The notes beneath the pieces are model-generated. The model did no database searches, was not told where the DNA came from, and saw only the letters and a list, made by a program, of their open reading frames with translations. The position numbers and the translations under genes are program-made. Below, piece by piece: positions 27,552 through 32,025 of a stretch of DNA of 32,025 nt (within the stretch, counting starts at the first letter, position 1; the number at the start of each line of letters is the position of its first letter). The DNA lies in NCBI GenBank assembly GCA_001275005.1, contig JWZX01001334.1, positions 1 through 32,025 of the forward strand, read 5' to 3'. This DNA is from Chrysochromulina tobinii. Taxonomy: Eukaryota.

Positions 27552-30500
27552 TCAAATCTTTGTGATGAATCGAGCTGGAGTTCTCGTAGTGCTCGATAAG
27601 GCAGGGCTCCGCTTTTTGACGGGCGTTGACACGCTGCCGTTGGCGGGCGTCAAGGTGGGCGACGGCACGCTGCCGCTGGCAAGCGCCTCCAGGCGCATCT
27701 TCTGTTGGAGCGGTGGCGTAGGGACGAAGAAGCGCGCTTGGCGCGGCGAGGCAAGCGGCGGGGCATGGGGCGAGGCGAGCGGCGCGGCATCGGCATTCTC
27801 GGAGCGCCGCCTCTCGAGACTTGGCGAGCTAAACGCCACCTCCTCATTCTGCTCGCAGCCGCGCTTCGACAGCTGGAAGGCCGCCACTATTCCGTCCGTG
27901 CGAGCGACAGCACGGTAAGGGGCCGCGAGGGGAGCGCTGCCTCTGGCGCTGCCGCTAGCGAGTGCCTCAACGTAGGCGCCTCTGCCGCTGGCAAGCGCCT
28001 CACTCCTACGCCGCAGCGTAGGGGCGATGGCAGAATCGCGTTGGTCGAACTGGTAGTCTAGCTTGTCCAATTCGTTGTCCGACGTAGCAATCGACAAATG
28101 TGGTGTGCGCCGCTGTCGTTCGAAAGAGGCTGCGCGCTCGGAGCGAGGCTCACTGCGCCTCTGTCGTTCGAAAGAGGCTGCGCGGACGGAGCGGGGCTCA
28201 CCAATACCCGGTGTGACGGGCAGTGCGGACGGTGCGGGCGATGGCGAGCTGCTGTTGTCGAGCGCAAGATGTTCGGCGTATGCACTCTCCCCCGCCAATC
28301 GCTTCTCTAGTTGCTCTAAGTGGAGAAGGCGCTCTCGGCGCTCTGCTCTTGGCGAACTCTTGGCGCTCCACGCGCTCTGCTCTTGCCGTTGCGGCATAGG
28401 GCCGAGGCGCAGCTGCTCTTGTCGCCTCGGGGTAAGGGAACCAGAAACCGCGCGATTAGTACTGCCGCTGTAGCCCAACTGGTGGCCTAACTTGTCTAGT
28501 TGGAAGTCCAATTGATCCAATTCATCGCGCAATTGGTACTGGCGCCGCTCGAGGTGAGACGGCGTGCCGGCCGCCGCCGCAAATAGCCCGTCCGCGTGGG
28601 CGACGGCGCGGTAGGCGTCCGCGAGGGGTGATGTATCGCTCCCGCCCCCACGTGCTCTCTCCTCCTCAAGCAGCCGAGTGAGCGCTAAGTGCACCTCGCT
28701 GCTACTCGGTCGCTCCGCCGGTTCGAGCGACGTGCAATTGTCCACCACTTCCCGCAGACCCGACGGGAGGAAGGCCTCGTCCTGGAGCTGCGCCACGGGC
28801 CGCCAGGCGCCCGATGAGATGCATGTGCGAATGGCGGTAGCGCGCTCGTCAACGGACTCCGGGATCAATTTGACCATCGCGGGCCATTCCTTGTAGTACA
28901 GGGGCTTGATTGAAGTCAAGCGCGTCAAGAGGCATCCGAGAGCCCATAAGTCGCTTGGAATGTCGAGCGCGCGCTTCGCTGACCAGAGCTGTGCAGTGCC
29001 CAAGTTTGACAGCAACTCCGGAGAGAGATAGAGCATCGTCTCATTGTCGGCGGCGAGGGGCTCAGAGACGGAGGAGGCACCGGGAGAGCCGCTGCCGGCA
29101 GCATTGCCGGCCTTGCCTCGTTGTGGTGATGTGCGTGCTGAGGGGTTCGCGGCGGCGGCGGCCGCGGCGGTTGCGGTGGCCGTGGCGCGGGCATGCGTCG
29201 CACGCAGCCGACACATACTCGGCCCATAGTCGGTAAGCTGGGGTTGCATCTGGGCGTCTAGCAGTACGTTGCCAGGATGGAGGGCCGCGTGGGCCACCCC
29301 CTGTCCATGCAGGAACATGAGGCCGTCGACGATGGCGCACGCCATGTTGTTCCACTCGGTGATCAGACTGAGCCGGAGCGAGAGAGCGGACTGACCCGGA
29401 GCAGACTCAGCCAGGTGGAGAAGCCGCTGTAAGCTGGTGGGGCAGCGTGGTGTGAGGAGCGCATATTGGCGTACGCCGTTCGTCGCCATTCCGACGATTG
29501 GCAACACGTGAGGGTGCATTCGCTCGTGGGGTGAGAGAGAGTAAAGCGCGAGGGCCACCTCAACAAGCGCCTCGTGCGCATGGCGCGACACCACCTCATC
29601 AGGCAGGATGCGGGCGGCGAGCCCGTCGGGGAGCAATGGAGCGATAGAGGCGGCGATGGTTCGTGAGGCATGGGCGCCAGCGGCGGGCAGGGGCGGGGGC
29701 AATTGGCGTGGCGAGACGAGTTTAAACATGGAGCGCGGCGATGGCTGTGCACGTGAACGCGGGGAGGCCCGTATGTCGTCGACTGCCCGAACCTCGCCGA
29801 CGACGGCCGCGTCATCGACTGAAGCCTCCCAGATCGTGCCGATGCCGCAGTTGCCGCCACCGCCGCCATTGGCTACTTGTTTGCCAAGCTTGAGGTCCGA
29901 CCATTCAACCACCACCTTGGCCAACAGCGTTGCACGGGCTGCCTTACGTGCCTCCCTCGCTTGGCTCTCGCGCTCCTCGAGCTCACGCTGACGTTCAGCC
30001 TGCTCTTCGAGCGTCGCCGCGCGCTCCTTCTCGCGCCGTGCATTTTCAACCGCCGCCGCAAGCGCCTCCTCGCTTTCGCGCCGTGCCTGCGCCACGGCAC
30101 CCACAAGCGCCTCCTCGCTTTCGCGCCGCGCCTGCGCCACGGCGCCCACGAGCGCCGCGGCTGCTGTATCCTCCACCAAGCGCACCGCAGCCAACATATC
30201 CTCCTCGGCTGTCTTCAGCTCCTCCCGTCCGAGGCGGACAAGGAGCTCTTCGGCCACCTTGGCCTCTTCGGCCGTCTTCAGCTCCTCCCGTCCAAGGCGG
30301 ACAAGGAGCGCTTCGGCCACCTTGGCCTCCACGGCCGTCTTCAGCTTGGCCTTTTCGGCCGCCCTGGCCTCGGCCATCTCTTTGCGCACCGCAGCCACCA
30401 TAGCTGCCTTATCCTCCTCGGCCTGCATGCGTGCTGCGGCCACCGCTGTCGCCTTTTCCTCTGAAGCTTGCCGCCGCCGCCGGCGCAGAAACAAGTGGGC

Positions 30501-32025
30501 GCCGAAACAGGCACCTACGCAGAGTGCCGAAAGGGCCACCGCCACTGGGAATATGGGGCTCATTGCCGCCGCAGTTGGCGGCGCGCTCGGCGGCAACGAG
30601 GGCGATATGGTAGTGATCGTCATGACTGGTGGCGTCACACTCAGCACGATGCTACTCAGTGCCACGGTGTCGCCGTTGGCGCTCGTGATTCTAATAGGAG
30701 AGGACGGCAGAGCCGCAATCGACGTAGTGACGTTCGCAACGACAGCCGCGGTCATCATCATCAGTGTTACCCGGACTGCGTACACCTGCTGCGCTAACGC
30801 ACTCGCCTGGAGTCTCCTGCCGTTCACGGGATTGACGTCGACGAAGCAGCTGGGTGGAGCACAGTTGAGTGCGGCGGCGATGCCTTGGGCAAGATTTACC
30901 GGATTGATGCCCGCCACGGCGGTGAGTGCAAACACGAGAGACGTCGTCTGGGGGTTGGAAGGTGGCGGTGGTGACGGAGAGGGCGGCGGTGGTGACGGAG
31001 ATGTTGAAGGAGGCGGGGAGGGCGGCAGCGAGGGCGGCAATGAGGGCGGCGGCGAGGGCGGCCGCGAGGGCGGTGGTGAGGGCGGCGGCGATGGTGGTGG
31101 CGTTGGCGGCGGAGGTGAGGGCGTTGGAGATGGCGGCTTAGTTGGCGGAGGCGTGGACGGTGGCGGCGATGGTAGCGGCGATGGCGGTGGCGAGGGTGGT
31201 GGAGAGGGCGGCGGTGAGGGCAGTGGTGATGGGCAAGGTGACGTGGGAGGAGATGGTGGAGGAGAGGGCGGCGGCGATGGTGGCGGCAATGGCGGTGGCG
31301 AGGGTGATGGAGAGGGCGGTGGTGACGGAGGGAGTGACGGGGGTGCGGATGGTGGAGGAGAGGGCGGTGGTGATGGAGGCGGCGATGGCGGTGGTGGCAG
31401 GGGTGGTGAGGGAGGGAGGCAGGGTGGTAGGGGAGGTGATGGGGGAAACGGTGGCGACGGATCAGGTCGCTGCGGAGACGGAGGTGGCGGTTGTGATGGC
31501 GGTGACGATGGGGGAGGAGAAGGTGGTGGAGAAGGATGGAGAGACGGCGGTGGAGAGGGTGGTGGAGATGGCGGAGGAAGTGGAGGTGTTAACGGCGGCG
31601 GCGAGGGAGGCGGAGGGTGTGGCGGAGGCAGAGAAGGTGGAGGTGGTGCAGGCGGCGGATGCGAGGGAGGCAAATAAGGTGGCGGATGCGACGGGGGCGG
31701 AGAGGGTCGTGGTTGCGACGGTGGAGGGCTTGGTGGCGGTGGTGAAGGCGGAGGCAACGGTGGACGTGGCGGTGGGGATGGCTCTGGAGGTAGCGGGCTT
31801 GGCGGCGGCGGTGGCAATGGCTCTGGTGAGGGAGGCGGCGGTGCTGAGGGGGGCAAGCTCGGTGGCGGCGGCTGAAGAGGGGAGTTTGGAAGTGACGGAG
31901 GTGGCGGTTGCGGCGGTGAAGGCGGCGGTGACGGAGGTGGTGACGGGGGAGCAGAGGGTGGAGGAGAGGGCGGCAAGAACGGGGGCGGTGCTGGCGGAGG
32001 AGAGGGCGGTGGCGGCTGGGGTGGC
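27552..32025 (-). CDS. Pro-rich (extensin-like) single-pass receptor-like pseudokinase; 5' end lies outside the window
   Basis: Frame open to the window edge. About 350 aa of SPPP repeats, a small globular region, TM IFPVAVALSALCVGACFGAHLFL + RRRRR, coiled coil, then a TKL-like kinase fold (VEWSDLKLGKQV, HPHVLPIVG, GLMFLH, HAALHPGNVLL, TDYG, YLSPE, SDLWALG, ERPS). Confidence 0.85.
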   Translation of the reverse strand, partial: PPQPPPPSPPPAPPPFLPPSPPPSAPPSPPPSPPPSPPQPPPPSLPNSPLQPPPPSLPPSAPPPPSPEPLPPPPPSPLPPEPSPPPRPPLPPPSPPPPSPPPSQPRPSPPPSHPPPYLPPSHPPPAPPPPSLPPPHPPPPSPPPLTPPLPPPSPPPSPPPSLHPSPPPSPPPSSPPSQPPPPSPQRPDPSPPFPPSPPLPPCLPPSPPLPPPPSPPPSPPPSPPPSAPPSLPPSPPPSPSPSPPPLPPPSPPPSPPPSPPTSPCPSPLPSPPPSPPPSPPPSPLPSPPPSTPPPTKPPSPTPSPPPPTPPPSPPPSPPPSRPPSPPPSLPPSLPPSPPPSTSPSPPPPSPSPPPPSNPQTTSLVFALTAVAGINPVNLAQGIAAALNCAPPSCFVDVNPVNGRRLQASALAQQVYAVRVTLMMMTAAVVANVTTSIAALPSSPIRITSANGDTVALSSIVLSVTPPVMTITTISPSLPPSAPPTAAAMSPIFPVAVALSALCVGACFGAHLFLRRRRRQASEEKATAVAAARMQAEEDKAAMVAAVRKEMAEARAAEKAKLKTAVEAKVAEALLVRLGREELKTAEEAKVAEELLVRLGREELKTAEEDMLAAVRLVEDTAAAALVGAVAQARRESEEALVGAVAQARRESEEALAAAVENARREKERAATLEEQAERQRELEERESQAREARKAARATLLAKVVVEWSDLKLGKQVANGGGGGNCGIGTIWEASVDDAAVVGEVRAVDDIRASPRSRAQPSPRSMFKLVSPRQLPPPLPAAGAHASRTIAASIAPLLPDGLAARILPDEVVSRHAHEALVEVALALYSLSPHERMHPHVLPIVGMATNGVRQYALLTPRCPTSLQRLLHLAESAPGQSALSLRLSLITEWNNMACAIVDGLMFLHGQGVAHAALHPGNVLLDAQMQPQLTDYGPSMCRLRATHARATATATAAAAAAANPSARTSPQRGKAGNAAGSGSPGASSVSEPLAADNETMLYLSPELLSNLGTAQLWSAKRALDIPSDLWALGCLLTRLTSIKPLYYKEWPAMVKLIPESVDERATAIRTCISSGAWRPVAQLQDEAFLPSGLREVVDNCTSLEPAERPSSSEVHLALTRLLEEERARGGGSDTSPLADAYRAVAHADGLFAAAAGTPSHLERRQYQLRDELDQLDFQLDKLGHQLGYSGSTNRAVSGSLTPRRQEQLRLGPMPQRQEQSAWSAKSSPRAERRERLLHLEQLEKRLAGESAYAEHLALDNSSSPSPAPSALPVTPGIGEPRSVRAASFERQRRSEPRSERAASFERQRRTPHLSIATSDNELDKLDYQFDQRDSAIAPTLRRRSEALASGRGAYVEALASGSARGSAPLAAPYRAVARTDGIVAAFQLSKRGCEQNEEVAFSSPSLERRRSENADAAPLASPHAPPLASPRQARFFVPTPPLQQKMRLEALASGSVPSPTLTPANGSVSTPVKKRSPALSSTTRTPARFITKI
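28106..28201. repeat. 48-bp tandem duplication (EPRSxRAASFERQRRx)
   Basis: ctgtcgttcgaaagaggctgcgcg at 28113 and 28161. Confidence 0.9.
30061..30346. repeat. In-frame 45-bp and 63-bp tandem repeats in the kinase juxtamembrane coil
   Basis: agcgcc at 30061, 30106 and 30151 (ALVGAVAQARRESEE); gtcttcagct at 30211, 30274 and 30337 (LKTAxEAKVAExLLVRLGREE). Confidence 0.9.

Noticed and set aside
30259..31677. 472-aa Gly-rich plus-strand ORF
   Set aside because: Reverse complement of the Pro-rich ectodomain; the minus frame carries the TM and kinase.

Overview
GC-rich, gene-dense eukaryotic DNA with short GT-AG introns. The bipartite plastid-targeting-like N-termini, compact head-to-head gene pairs and high GC fit an alga with a complex plastid, most likely a haptophyte (inference, not verified). 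About 17 genes or gene fragments: a RING-finger protein; three low-complexity coiled-coil proteins (one with EF-hands); a DUF6816-like lumenal protein; a small plastid-type protein; an F-box-like/ankyrin-like repeat protein; four glycosyltransferase-like genes (DUF3431, PAN+GT92, KOBITO1/GT2-like, CAP59-like fragment); an RDEL ER protein; a 3-exon MFS transporter divergent from an XRE-type HTH protein; a PfkB kinase; a bacterial-type glutaredoxin 2 (GrxB); and a 5'-partial Pro-rich receptor-like pseudokinase. Main points of interest: (1) the pseudokinase juxtamembrane region is a DNA-level paralogue of part of the neighbouring coiled-coil/EF-hand gene; (2) the XRE-HTH/MFS divergent pair has a direct repeat between the genes; (3) glycan-related genes are concentrated here; (4) two single-base frameshifts may be assembly errors; (5) there is a head-to-head junction of apparently 5'-truncated genes near 26.4 kb beside a possible PIF/Harbinger-like element. 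No rRNA, tRNA or CRISPR array was recognised. All family calls are by eye from motifs; no database search was run.
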